Shown: positions 19,648 to 28,250 of the stretch, piece by piece
Numbering within the stretch: position 1 is the first letter of the stretch
Layout: every line of letters begins with the position of its first letter
Source of the DNA: Vicinamibacteria bacterium
Lineage (GTDB): Bacteria; Acidobacteriota; Vicinamibacteria; Fen-336; JAGNNV01
NCBI GenBank assembly: GCA_031362685.1
Contig: JANLSZ010000354.1
Span: 1,139-65,138, forward strand
Direction: 5' to 3'
Length of the DNA stretch: 64,000 nucleotides
The notes under the pieces: model-generated
The model's database searches: none
Told to the model about the DNA's origin: nothing
The model's input: only the letters and a program-made list of their open reading frames with translations
Program-made: the position numbers and the translations under genes

Positions 19648-19715
19648 GGCGTGCTTCTGGCGGCGAGGTGGTCAAAGCGTACAATCTCCCCTTGAAAGTT
19701 GAGGTCACAAAGAGA

Positions 19716-20177
19716 ATGAAGACAGACAAGACCAGGCTCGCCGCCGCGGCTCTCCTTGCTCTTTCGCTCGCCGTGCCGGGAAGCGCTCAAGCGAAAAAGG
19801 ACAAGCCCGGAGCGGCCATTCCCACCGCGGCTTCGGCGCCCATGCCGAAGACAGACCGAATGCCGATGGCGGAGTTCAAGAAACTCCTGGCGGAAGGCGG
19901 GGTGGTGGTCATCGACGTGCGGTCCAACGATGCCTACCTGGGTGGCCATATTCCCGGCGCGCTGTCGATGCCCGAGATCACGGACGCCACCGCCCTGAAG
20001 CTGAAGCAAATGGGCAAGCCCATCGCGACTTATTGCTCCTGACCGGCCGAAAACACTAGCGCCCGTGCGGCGCAGATCCTGCAGAAGATGGGCGTCGCCG
20101 CCCAGGCCGTCGTCGGTGGATATAACACCTGGGTCCGAGAGAAGAACCCGGTGAAGACCGGGGCCGACGCGAAGTAG
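19716..20177 (+). CDS. Periplasmic single-domain rhodanese with in-frame TGA (20040-20042) at the catalytic position; candidate selenoprotein or disrupted gene
   Basis: The signal peptide is MKTDKTRLAAAALLALSLAVPGSAQA. The rhodanese N-half ends ...IATYCS-TGA. The same frame continues PAENTSARAAQILQKMGVAAQAVVGGYNTWV... to TAG 20175-20177. An intrinsic terminator lies only after that TAG. Confidence 0.55.
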
Positions 20178-20208
20178 CCTGGCAAAGGGTTCCGGCCCTG
20201 GGCGAGAA

Positions 20209-20235
20209 CGCGTCCGAGATATCGGGCGCGTTTTT
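20209..20235 (+). terminator. Rho-independent terminator
   Basis: CGCGTCCGA-gata-TCGGGCGCG forms a 9-bp stem with one G:U pair, followed by TTTTT, 32 nt after TAG 20177. Confidence 0.7.
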
Positions 20236-20259
20236 CCTGGGCGCACGCAGTCTGGAGTG

Positions 20260-20452
20260 AGCTATCCTCTGCGCTGTCGCTAAGGGTGCCTCCATAAAAG
20301 GAGGGTAAAAGGGAAGCAGGTCGAATACCTGCGCGGTCCCGCCACTGTAGCCGGCGAGTCGTTTCTCGATCCGTGCGAGCCACTCGAGTCCCAAAGACTC
20401 GGGGAAGGCTCAGAGAAACGGCGTTGACCCGGGAGCCAGGAAACCTGCCTCG
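20260..20452 (+). promoter_or_regulatory. Cobalamin (B12) riboswitch
   Basis: Contains AAGGGAAGCAGGTCGAATACCTGCGCGGTCCCGCCACTGTAGCCGG with the B12 box GCCACTG. Downstream are GCCACTCGAGTCCCAAAGACTCGGGGAAGGC and CCGGGAGCCAGGAAACCTGCC. It lies upstream of a TonB receptor and a B12-type ABC importer. Boundaries are approximate. Confidence 0.8.
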
Positions 20453-20606
20453 AGCGAAGTCGGCAATATCAACAACGAGGCTTCTCGCGGAAGAAGGCCA
20501 CGGTCGCTCAGCAGGTCGTCCCGGAGTCAATCGGGTCCGGAACCTCCATGAGCCCGTTCTCCTTCCTCCGTCCGGGGCTTCATCCTCGAGGAAGGATTCC
20601 AACGTC

Positions 20607-22793
20607 ATGACGCTCCACCGGTCCAGCCGGACTCTCATTCGTCTCACGTCGCTCGCCGCTGCTTTTGGCGCATCCGCTCTTTCCGCCGCTGAAATCAGCG
20701 GCTCGGTGAGGACGCAAAACGGACTGGCCGTCTCGCAGGCGGTCGTCCGTCTCACCTCTTCCACCACTTCCGGAGAAGTGGTCACCGGATCGCAGGGTGA
20801 GTTCAAGGTCGATCTGCCCGACGGGTCCTACATCGCCACGGTGCGCGGATTCGACGTCGATGCTTCGCCCATTCTTGTCACGGGGCAAGATGTGGCGCTC
20901 GCGATCTCGCTCCGGCCCGCGAAGATCCGCGAAGAGGTGGTGGTGACAGCCACCAGGTCACGCACCGCTGTCTCTTCGATCGGCGTTTCGGCCAGCGTTC
21001 TCGACGCCACGGATCTGAAGGAACGCCAGACCCTGGGTCTCACCGACATGCTCGCCGAACTGCCGGGAATGGCGGTGGCCACCACCGGCGGGGTGGGCGC
21101 GCAGTCGTCCTTGTTCGTGCGAGGCGGCGAGTCGCGCTTTGCCCGCGTCCTCATCGACGGCGTGCCCGTGAACGAACCCGGCGGCTTCTTTAACTTCGGC
21201 ACGCTGCTCACGCCTGACGTCGAGCGCGTAGAGGTGGTCCGGGGCTCTTTCGGGACGCTGTACGGCTCGGACGCCCTCGCCGGCGTGATAGCACTCGACA
21301 CCACAGCGGAGGGAGCGGGGCGAAGACTGCGAGGCGAAGCAAGTGCAGGCGATCTCGGGTCTCAATCGTTCCTGGCCCGCGGGAGCGAGAAGCACGGTCT
21401 TCTTTCGGGCTCCATCGCGCTCGGTCGATCCCAGACCGACAATGAAGGTCCGAATGCGGACTTCACCTCGAACCTGTTCGCCGCTTCAGTGGAACGTCGA
21501 CTGGACACCGGCGGCTCAATCGTCGGATCGTTCCGACTCAACACCTCCGAAGGTGGCACGCCGGGACCCACGGTGTTTGGCCGGCCTGACCTGGATGCTC
21601 GTTACCAGCGTGATCTCATGATCGCGAGTCTCGCCGCGAACTTCCGGTCCGGTGCAATGTCCCACGCGTCCCGCATTGGTTTCAAGAGCGACGATCAACT
21701 TTCGAAGAATCCGTTGAACTCGGGTTCGTACCGGCCGACCTACGGTTCGCGCCGCGCCGCCTTCGACTCCTCGGACTTCCCTGACCCTCTCGGATACGCG
21801 AACAACACCAACCGACTCTTCGGAACCTACGAAGTGCGCGGCCAGATCCGGTCGCACTCCGTCACCGCCGGGGGCGATATCGAACGTGAGACTGGTGAAC
21901 TGGGAAGTGTCGGAACGTCCCCGCTTTCTCCGACCCGAACCAGCTACGGCGCTTTCGTCCAGGACCAGATCGCCCTCTCGTCGCGCGCCTTTGGAACCCT
22001 CAGTCTTCGGGCCGAGCACAACGGCTCCACGGGGACGACCCTGGTGCCCCACGTCTCGACCGCCTGGATTGCCGCGCGCGACGCGAATTTCGAACTCACC
22101 GTTCGCGCGAGCGGCGGCGCGGGAATCAAGGCTCCGAGCTTCTTCGAAAGCTACGGCACGTCGTCCTTCGCCCTCGGCAATCCCGATCTCAAGCCGGAGC
22201 GAGCGCGCACCTACGATGGCGGTATCGATCTTCGAGTGGGCGACAACGTGAAGCTGCAGGCCACGTACTTCCACCACCAGTACCTCGACCAGATCGCTTA
22301 CAAAGTCGTCTCGTTCTCGCCCTTTCGAGGCACCTACGAGAACCTGGGCGAAACCAAGGCCAGCGGCTTCGAGTTCTCGGGCGAGTGGCGCCCGTCCACT
22401 CACCTGCGCTTCGTGTCCAACTTCACGCGGCAGAACAGCGAGATCCTGAGCAGCACCAGCATCGACCCCCTCCTGGCCGTGGGCCGCGAGCTGCGCCGCC
22501 GGCCCCGAAACCAGGGATCGATCAGGGGAGAGGTGACGATCGCCCGGGGCACCCTGGCCGCGACTCTGCTCAGCGTGGGCCAGCGCGCGGATTCGGATTT
22601 CCTGGGCATCGGGCTTGAGGAGAATCCTGGATTCACTCGGGTGGACGTCCGTGCGGCCTACCGTCTCAACTCGCACCTGAGAATCCTCGGAGCGGTTGAG
22701 AACTTGAATGACGCGAACTATCAGGAGGTTCTGGGCTACGCGGCGCTGCCTCGACGGTTTCGCATCAGTCTCTCCATGGACAGCGCGAAGTAG
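20607..22793 (+). CDS. btuB: TonB-dependent vitamin B12/siderophore-type receptor
   Basis: Has a signal peptide. The plug motifs are VVVTATRS...DATDL and SLFVRGGESRFARVLIDGVPVNEP. The barrel ends ...RFRISLSMDSAK. It sits behind a B12 riboswitch. The start was moved from the listed 20373 to ATG 20607. Confidence 0.75.
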   Translation: MTLHRSSRTLIRLTSLAAAFGASALSAAEISGSVRTQNGLAVSQAVVRLTSSTTSGEVVTGSQGEFKVDLPDGSYIATVRGFDVDASPILVTGQDVALAISLRPAKIREEVVVTATRSRTAVSSIGVSASVLDATDLKERQTLGLTDMLAELPGMAVATTGGVGAQSSLFVRGGESRFARVLIDGVPVNEPGGFFNFGTLLTPDVERVEVVRGSFGTLYGSDALAGVIALDTTAEGAGRRLRGEASAGDLGSQSFLARGSEKHGLLSGSIALGRSQTDNEGPNADFTSNLFAASVERRLDTGGSIVGSFRLNTSEGGTPGPTVFGRPDLDARYQRDLMIASLAANFRSGAMSHASRIGFKSDDQLSKNPLNSGSYRPTYGSRRAAFDSSDFPDPLGYANNTNRLFGTYEVRGQIRSHSVTAGGDIERETGELGSVGTSPLSPTRTSYGAFVQDQIALSSRAFGTLSLRAEHNGSTGTTLVPHVSTAWIAARDANFELTVRASGGAGIKAPSFFESYGTSSFALGNPDLKPERARTYDGGIDLRVGDNVKLQATYFHHQYLDQIAYKVVSFSPFRGTYENLGETKASGFEFSGEWRPSTHLRFVSNFTRQNSEILSSTSIDPLLAVGRELRRRPRNQGSIRGEVTIARGTLAATLLSVGQRADSDFLGIGLEENPGFTRVDVRAAYRLNSHLRILGAVENLNDANYQEVLGYAALPRRFRISLSMDSAK

Positions 22794-22797
22794 CCGG

Positions 22798-23667
22798 GTG
22801 CCGAAGAACGGTGACACCCTGCCTGTAGCGCTCACTCTGATCGTCGCCCTCCTGGGAACCTCGACACCAGAGGCGTGGGCTCAAACCTCGACCCCACCGC
22901 AGCGGGTCGCGTCGTTGAATCTGGCCTCTGATGAGATCCTCGCGGACATCCTTCCGGTCGCGCGCCTGGTGGCGGTCACCGCCCTGGTTGACGAGCCAGG
23001 CACTTCGAACGCAGTGGGCCGGATTCCGAAGACCATCGCCCGGTTTCCAAAGGTCGACGTCGAGCGACTGATCGCCTTGCGGCCGGACCTCGTCGTGGTC
23101 TCCGAGTACACCGATGCCGATGTCCTGCATGCGATAAGGCAGTCCGGCCTCAAGGTCCACCGGATGACCGGCCTCGATTCCCTTCAGGGCTTTCGGCGGG
23201 CCCTCCTCGATCTCGGCGAGGCGGTGGGCGAAAGGAGCGCGGCCTCGGATCTCGCGGCCGACTTCGACTCCCGCCTCCGCCAGATCGAACGTCGGCTGCA
23301 GGGGGCCCCCCGGCCCACGCTCCTCTACTGGGCGAGCGGCTTCACCGCCGGCTCCATGACCGCGTTCGACGCGCTTATCGCCTGCGGTGGAGGCAGGAAC
23401 GCCGCGGCGCTCGCGGGTCTTTCCGGAATCACGCCCCTCGGAGCCGAGCGGGCCTACGGTCTCGATCCGGACTGGTTGTTCATCGGCAGTCACACCACCA
23501 CGTCGAAAGAGATCCACGAACACCCGCTGCTCTCAAGGATGCGGGCGGTGAAGGCCGGACATGTGGTGGAGATGCCCACCGAACTTCTGGTGGCCCTCAA
23601 CCACCACGCGGTGAAGTCGTGCGAGTTCATGGCGCACGCCCTCCACCAGGAGAGGTTCCCCAAATGA
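22798..23667 (+). CDS. Periplasmic cobalamin/Fe-siderophore binding protein (BtuF/FecB-like)
   Basis: RVASLNLASDEILADI...RPDLVVVSEYTD is typical of class III substrate-binding proteins. The GTG 22798 start follows the upstream stop, and a signal peptide is present. Confidence 0.7.
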   Translation: MPKNGDTLPVALTLIVALLGTSTPEAWAQTSTPPQRVASLNLASDEILADILPVARLVAVTALVDEPGTSNAVGRIPKTIARFPKVDVERLIALRPDLVVVSEYTDADVLHAIRQSGLKVHRMTGLDSLQGFRRALLDLGEAVGERSAASDLAADFDSRLRQIERRLQGAPRPTLLYWASGFTAGSMTAFDALIACGGGRNAAALAGLSGITPLGAERAYGLDPDWLFIGSHTTTSKEIHEHPLLSRMRAVKAGHVVEMPTELLVALNHHAVKSCEFMAHALHQERFPK

Positions 23668-24674
23668 GCGTAGGGCGGGTAACGGGTTTGCTCGCTTGCG
23701 GCCTCATTCTCTCGATCATCGCCGCCATGTGTCTCGGAGCGGTGCGATATACGCCAGTCGAACTCGCCTCCGAGGCCTTGCGCACCCTCGGATTCCAGGC
23801 CGCGTCATCTCTGGACGAGGCCCATACCGTCATTCTTGGGGAGATCCGTTTCCCGCGCGTCCTGCTGGCCGCGCTTATCGGAGGAGCGCTCGCTCTCACC
23901 GGAGCTCTCCTGCAGACGGTGTTCCAGAATCCGATGGCGGACGCTTCGCTTCTCGGGGTTGGATCGGGGGCCGCTTTGGGCGCGGTGGTCGCGGTGAAGC
24001 TCGGGTGGTCGTTCGATGTCTTCCTGGCTCTTCCCGCCGCCGCCTTCGTGGGCGCCCTCGGGGCCGCGCTCATCGTCTACCTGGTCGCGGAGAGCACCAG
24101 GTCGTCGTCCCTGACTTCCCTGATCCTCACCGGACTCGCGGTGAGCGCTTTTCTTTCCGGGGTCACGTCGATCGTGCTGATCGCCTCGGAAGAGTTCCGG
24201 GTTCGCACGGTCTTCTTCTGGCTGGCCGGCGGGCTCGAGGGGCGCGGCTTCGTCCATCTGACCATCGCCGCGGTGCTGATTGTCCCGGCCTGCCTGGCCG
24301 CCGCCCTGCTTCATCGGCCGCTCGACCTGCTTCTGCTCGGCGACATGGAGGCACGGGCACTGGGACTGAACGTTCCGCGGATGCGCCTGCTGCTTCTGGC
24401 TCTCGCCGCGCTCCTCTCGGGGGCCACCACCTCGATCGCGGGTTCGGTGCCGTTTGTCGGACTCATGGCGCCGCATGCGATGAGAGGCCTCGTGGGTCCG
24501 CGTTCGTCGCGACTCCTGCCCGCGGCCTTTCTCGCGGGCGCGATCCTGGTCGTCCTCTCCGACCTGGCGGCGCGCGCGATCTCCGACCGCTACGACCTGC
24601 CGCTCGGCGCCATCACCTCCCTTTCCGGCGCGCCGTATCTGATCCACATTCTGCGGCGGACGGAGCGCGCATGA
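23664..24674 (+). CDS. FecCD-family ABC permease (BtuC-like)
   Basis: FPRVLLAALIGGALALTGALLQTVFQNPMADASLLGV and ...GAPYLIHILRR are FecCD signatures. The ATG overlaps the upstream stop. Confidence 0.85.
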   Translation: MSVGRVTGLLACGLILSIIAAMCLGAVRYTPVELASEALRTLGFQAASSLDEAHTVILGEIRFPRVLLAALIGGALALTGALLQTVFQNPMADASLLGVGSGAALGAVVAVKLGWSFDVFLALPAAAFVGALGAALIVYLVAESTRSSSLTSLILTGLAVSAFLSGVTSIVLIASEEFRVRTVFFWLAGGLEGRGFVHLTIAAVLIVPACLAAALLHRPLDLLLLGDMEARALGLNVPRMRLLLLALAALLSGATTSIAGSVPFVGLMAPHAMRGLVGPRSSRLLPAAFLAGAILVVLSDLAARAISDRYDLPLGAITSLSGAPYLIHILRRTERA

Positions 24675-25468
24675 ACGACCTCCGCCTCCTGGAAGTTGTG
24701 GACATCACCGTCCGCAGGGGCGAGCGGGACGTGGTCCACCATGTTTCGCTGGGGTTCAACGCATCGGAGCGCGTGGCTTTGGTCGGGCCCAACGCGGCCG
24801 GCAAGTCGACGCTCCTCTCCGCGATCGCCGGCCTTCTCCCCAAGGCCGCGGGCGACATCCGCCTCGGCGGCCGATCGCTGTCGACTTTCTCGAGCCGCGA
24901 AATCGCGCGCACCGTGGCCCTGGTGGTGGCCATTCAGGAAGGAGCGCCGAGACTCTCGGTGCGTGAAAGCGCGGAACTAGGGCGCTATCCCCACACCGGT
25001 CCCTTTCAGGACCTCTCCCGAGGAGATCACCATGCGGTTTCCCAGGCCATCGCGGAAACCGGTCTCGACGACCTCGTCGATCGGAGCCTGAGTTCGCTTT
25101 CCGCCGGAGAGCGACAACGCGCCCTGATCGCTCGCGCCCTGGCTCAGGAACCAAAGCTGTTGCTCCTGGATGAACCCTCCGCCCATCTCGACATCGGCCA
25201 CGGCCTCGACCTCTTCGCGCTGCTTACGACCATCGCCGCCCGCGGGGTGGCGATCGTGGCGGTGATCCATGATCTGGTCGCGGCCGCCCACTGGGCCACC
25301 CGGATGATCGTGATGCACGAAGGACGGATCGTCGATGATGGCCCGCCGAACACGGTCATGAAAGGCGAGCCATTAGGACGAGCCTTCGGGGTATCGATCT
25401 CCGAAGCCCATTCGATCCAGGGCGCCGGCTCACCCACCTGGCGTTTCGAACGAATGCCCGGCGGGTAG
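24671..25468 (+). CDS. ABC transporter ATP-binding protein (BtuD/FecE-like)
   Basis: Has Walker A GPNAAGKST, signature LSAGERQR and Walker B LLLLDEP. An ATGA overlap links it to the permease stop. It is the C-terminal part of listed ORF 23696..25468. Confidence 0.85.
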   Translation: MNDLRLLEVVDITVRRGERDVVHHVSLGFNASERVALVGPNAAGKSTLLSAIAGLLPKAAGDIRLGGRSLSTFSSREIARTVALVVAIQEGAPRLSVRESAELGRYPHTGPFQDLSRGDHHAVSQAIAETGLDDLVDRSLSSLSAGERQRALIARALAQEPKLLLLDEPSAHLDIGHGLDLFALLTTIAARGVAIVAVIHDLVAAAHWATRMIVMHEGRIVDDGPPNTVMKGEPLGRAFGVSISEAHSIQGAGSPTWRFERMPGG

Positions 25469-25526
25469 CCTCCCTTCCCAGACCTCCGCGCCCCGCTTCG
25501 CCGCGGGGGGCGGCGACGGTCCGGGT

Positions 25527-25943
25527 TCAGCGTTTGGAAGCCACGAACGGTTTCACGATGGCCACGGTGAACCGCGCGCCTTCCCGGGCCTTCTCGGCGT
25601 CCTTCTTCGAGTAGAAACTGGTGGGGGTCAGGTCCTCGGCGCCATAGAACGCCAGCTCGCGGTCGCGGCGGAGTTCGCGGGAGATGGAGGCCAGGGCTTC
25701 AACCTGATCCTGCAGACCGGCGCCCAAACGATCCCGTTCCGCCACCAGGATGTCCGAGACGTCGTGAATGCGGGGAGGTTCGACGCCACTTGCCCGGAGC
25801 ATGGCTTTGAGGGCCAGCTCGACGATCTCCTGGGACTCTCTGACCACATCCGCCCAGCTCTTCTCCGCAAAGAGAACGTCCACGGCTTTCAGGCGGACTT
25901 CGGCCCGCTTCGCATAGTCTCGAGCGAGATCGCGGTTCTTCAT
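25527..25943 (-). CDS. HEPN-domain protein (putative toxin of a HEPN/MNT pair)
   Basis: 138 aa and helical. Contains ...ALKAMLRASGVEPPRIHDVSDIL... (pfam05168-like). It lies 3 nt downstream of a nucleotidyltransferase gene. Confidence 0.7.
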   Translation of the reverse strand: MKNRDLARDYAKRAEVRLKAVDVLFAEKSWADVVRESQEIVELALKAMLRASGVEPPRIHDVSDILVAERDRLGAGLQDQVEALASISRELRRDRELAFYGAEDLTPTSFYSKKDAEKAREGARFTVAIVKPFVASKR

Positions 25944-25946
25944 GCC

Positions 25947-26525
25947 TTAGTCGACCTCCGCCCAATAGGACTGCCCATGGACGGCGCGTCTGACTATCCG
26001 GCCGGCCGCGATCTCCCCACGAACCCTGGCCAGAGCCATGGAGAGGCGTCTCGCCTTCTCGAAGATCACCATGCCGTCGATGGCGACTTCGGCCCAGAGT
26101 CCCCCGGGCGATTGATCGGGACCGGGCAGATGAACAAAGTGAGGCTCAACCGGCATGGTCTCCCAGCGGAGAGGCTCCTTGTCCCAGGCGGAATAGAGCC
26201 GTCGGGCAATCGGCGTCTTGGCGTCGACCACGATCAGCAGGTCGACGTCCGAGCCCGAAGAGGCCTCTCCGCGAGACCACGAACCGAAAACCGCAACGCC
26301 GATGAGATGGTCGCCAACAATTTCGGCAGCCCGTTCAACCGCCCGGGCTGCGTCGGGAGACGTTGCGCCCGCGCCCACCGGATCGGCCAGCTTGCGCGCG
26401 CAGTAGTCGTTGAGCGATACGGCCGAACCCTTCGCCGCATTTCGGAGCTGGGCGTGGAGCGCGGGGGTGATCCGCAAGACGAAACGCCCGGAGGCGCCGT
26501 TCGGTCGCGTTCTAGTATCACTCAT
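25947..26525 (-). CDS. Minimal nucleotidyltransferase (MNT) with N-terminal ribbon-helix-helix/HicB-like segment
   Basis: The NTase motif is GVAVFGSWSRGEASSGSDVDLLIVVD. The N-terminal RFVLRITPALHAQLRNAAKGSAVSLNDYCARKL is Arc/HicB-antitoxin-like. Confidence 0.7.
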   Translation of the reverse strand: MSDTRTRPNGASGRFVLRITPALHAQLRNAAKGSAVSLNDYCARKLADPVGAGATSPDAARAVERAAEIVGDHLIGVAVFGSWSRGEASSGSDVDLLIVVDAKTPIARRLYSAWDKEPLRWETMPVEPHFVHLPGPDQSPGGLWAEVAIDGMVIFEKARRLSMALARVRGEIAAGRIVRRAVHGQSYWAEVD

Positions 26526-26534
26526 GGCCGGGGG

Positions 26535-26678
26535 ATGATACTACCATCGGCTGGCCAACCGCGGCGGTCATTCTCGCCGGCAGAACTTGTGACGATCGTT
26601 CTAGCCACGGCCCGAGGCGAAATAAGCGCCGAGGCGCTCGAAATCTGGATCCGGCAACGAAGCCGGGAGACCGACTAG
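26535..26678 (+). pseudogene. Possible C-terminal remnant of a Doc/Fic-type toxin gene
   Basis: The 47-aa ORF ends ...PAELVTIVLATARGEISAEALEIWIRQRSRETD. This resembles the C-terminal helix pair of death-on-curing toxins. No Fic motif or N-terminal part is present. Confidence 0.25.
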
Positions 26679-27934
26679 GCGGCTTGGGCCGGCGCGGGCT
26701 GCGAAGCCTCGGGGTTGTCGTTCAGGACCCCTTCCCATCGCGCCACCACCGCCGACGCCAGGCAGTTGCCGGTCACATTGACCGCGGTGCGGGCCATGTC
26801 CATGATGGCGTCTACGCCGAGGATGACCGCCACCGGCCATTCGGGCAGGCCAAACTGCGCGCAGGTTCCAAGGATGATCACCAGAGTCGCTCGCGGCACT
26901 CCAGCGACACCCTTGCTGGTGAGCATGAGCGTCACCATCATGACGATCTGCGTGGACAAGGGCAGATCCACGTTGGCGGCCTGGGCCACGAAGATGCTGG
27001 CGAGCGCGAGATACAACGTGGAACCGTCCAGGTTGAAGCTGTAACCGGTAGGGATGACGAACGAGACCACCTGCCGGGGCACCCCGAACTTCTCCATGTT
27101 CTCCATGGCCAGCGGGAGGGCCGCCTCGGACGCGGACGTGGCGAAGGCGAGACTCGCGGGCTCGGAGACCGCGGCGACGAAGCGCTTGATGTTGATCCGG
27201 AAGAGGAGCGCCACCGGCACCAGAACGAAGACGATGAAAACGATCAGCGCTCCGTACAGGGTGAGAACGAGCTTGGCGAGATTCCCGAGGACGTCGATGC
27301 CCATCTTGCCCACGGTGTAGGCCATGGCCGCGCCCACCGCCACCGGCGCGTAGTACATGACGATCTTGGTGAACTTGAACATGGTTTCCGCGAACGCCTC
27401 GATCGCGGGCAGCAGCTTCTGCTTGTGCTTGTCCTCCACCATGGCCAGGCCCATCCCGAAAAGGAGAGAGAAAACCACGACCTGCAGGACCTGGCCCTCC
27501 GCCACCGACTTCGCGACGTTGTCGGGGAACACGTGCAGGACGATGTCCGCGGCGTTCTGGGCCGGGGGCTTGGCCAGGGTCTCGGTCGTGTCGGGCTTCG
27601 AGACGCCCACGCCCGCCTTGGTGAAGTTGATGGCGGCCAGACCTATAAAGAGAGCCAGGGTGGTCACGACCTCGAAGTAGATGATGGCCTTGAGGCCCAT
27701 GCGACCCACCTGCTTGAGGTTGGAGTGGCCGGCGATCCCGACCACCAGGGTCGAGAAGATCAGGGGCGAGACGATGGTCTTGATCAGCTTCAGGAAGATC
27801 TTCGACAGGACGTCGAACGTGGTCAGGAGCGCCGCGCCCGTCTCCTTGGACACGGCGCCCTCGGCGATCCCAAACCCAATCACACCACCGACAATCATGG
27901 CGATGACAATGGCGCCCGTCAGAGAAATCTTCAT
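26675..27934 (-). CDS. Dicarboxylate/amino acid:cation symporter (DAACS family)
   Basis: 419 aa. The motifs FVIPTGYSFNLDGSTLY, SKGVAGVPRATLV and MDMARTAVNVTGN are GltP/DctA-family motifs. Confidence 0.85.
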   Translation of the reverse strand: MKISLTGAIVIAMIVGGVIGFGIAEGAVSKETGAALLTTFDVLSKIFLKLIKTIVSPLIFSTLVVGIAGHSNLKQVGRMGLKAIIYFEVVTTLALFIGLAAINFTKAGVGVSKPDTTETLAKPPAQNAADIVLHVFPDNVAKSVAEGQVLQVVVFSLLFGMGLAMVEDKHKQKLLPAIEAFAETMFKFTKIVMYYAPVAVGAAMAYTVGKMGIDVLGNLAKLVLTLYGALIVFIVFVLVPVALLFRINIKRFVAAVSEPASLAFATSASEAALPLAMENMEKFGVPRQVVSFVIPTGYSFNLDGSTLYLALASIFVAQAANVDLPLSTQIVMMVTLMLTSKGVAGVPRATLVIILGTCAQFGLPEWPVAVILGVDAIMDMARTAVNVTGNCLASAVVARWEGVLNDNPEASQPAPAQAA

Positions 27935-28118
27935 GTTCCGTGGACTTTACCCGAGGCTTGGGAGGCGCTTCCCCACCTCAACCGTTGAGGGTTCGGACCC
28001 GTCCAAGATTCAGTGAGGCAGGCCGGAATCCACAGCGCAATCGCGGTATTTCGAAATCGAGGCTTGGGCGAGATGGAGCGTGGCCGACGCTGCGCGGGCC
28101 CCAGTTACCAAGCCTGAG

Positions 28119-28250
28119 AGATTGCTTCAGGCCATGCGGACGGACAGTGGCCTTCGCAATGACGGTCATGGGGTTCCTTCCCAAAGTCACGGAAGTAGTC
28201 CGTGCCCCGCTCGCAATGACGGTGGTGGGTTTCTCCCCACCGTCACGTCC
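28119..28250. repeat. Copies of the CGTCATTGCGAGG...GAAGCAATC palindromic-element family (one full arm plus a partial copy)
   Basis: gattgcttcaggccatgcggacggacagtggccttcgcaatgacgg is followed by ctcgcaatgacggtggtgggtttctccccaccgtcacg. They lie in a 570-bp intergenic region. Confidence 0.7.

Noticed and set aside
23696-24670. An N-terminal 325 aa of listed ORF 23696..25468 that would make a 590-aa ATPase.
   Set aside because: That part overlaps the FecCD permease in another frame and is Arg/Pro/Gly-rich. The real ATPase starts at ATG 24671, overlapping the permease stop.
25485-25512. A GC-rich imperfect hairpin (ccgcgccccgc ttcgcc gcggggggcgg) between the convergent ATPase and HEPN genes, considered as a terminator.
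   Set aside because: The stem is imperfect and no U-tract lies on either side. It is plausible, but I could not support it well enough to list as a feature.
26684-27988. A 434-aa plus-strand ORF opposite the DAACS transporter. Similar long antisense ORFs occur at 2083-3285, 7434-8492, 10797-11426, 12359-13549, 28839-29915, 39004-40269, 43952-45091, 51282-52763, 54175-55452 and 58449-60443.
   Set aside because: These are shadow ORFs on the strand opposite genes with clear family motifs. Their composition is dominated by R/G/D/H/E or R/P/A, with no recognisable domains.
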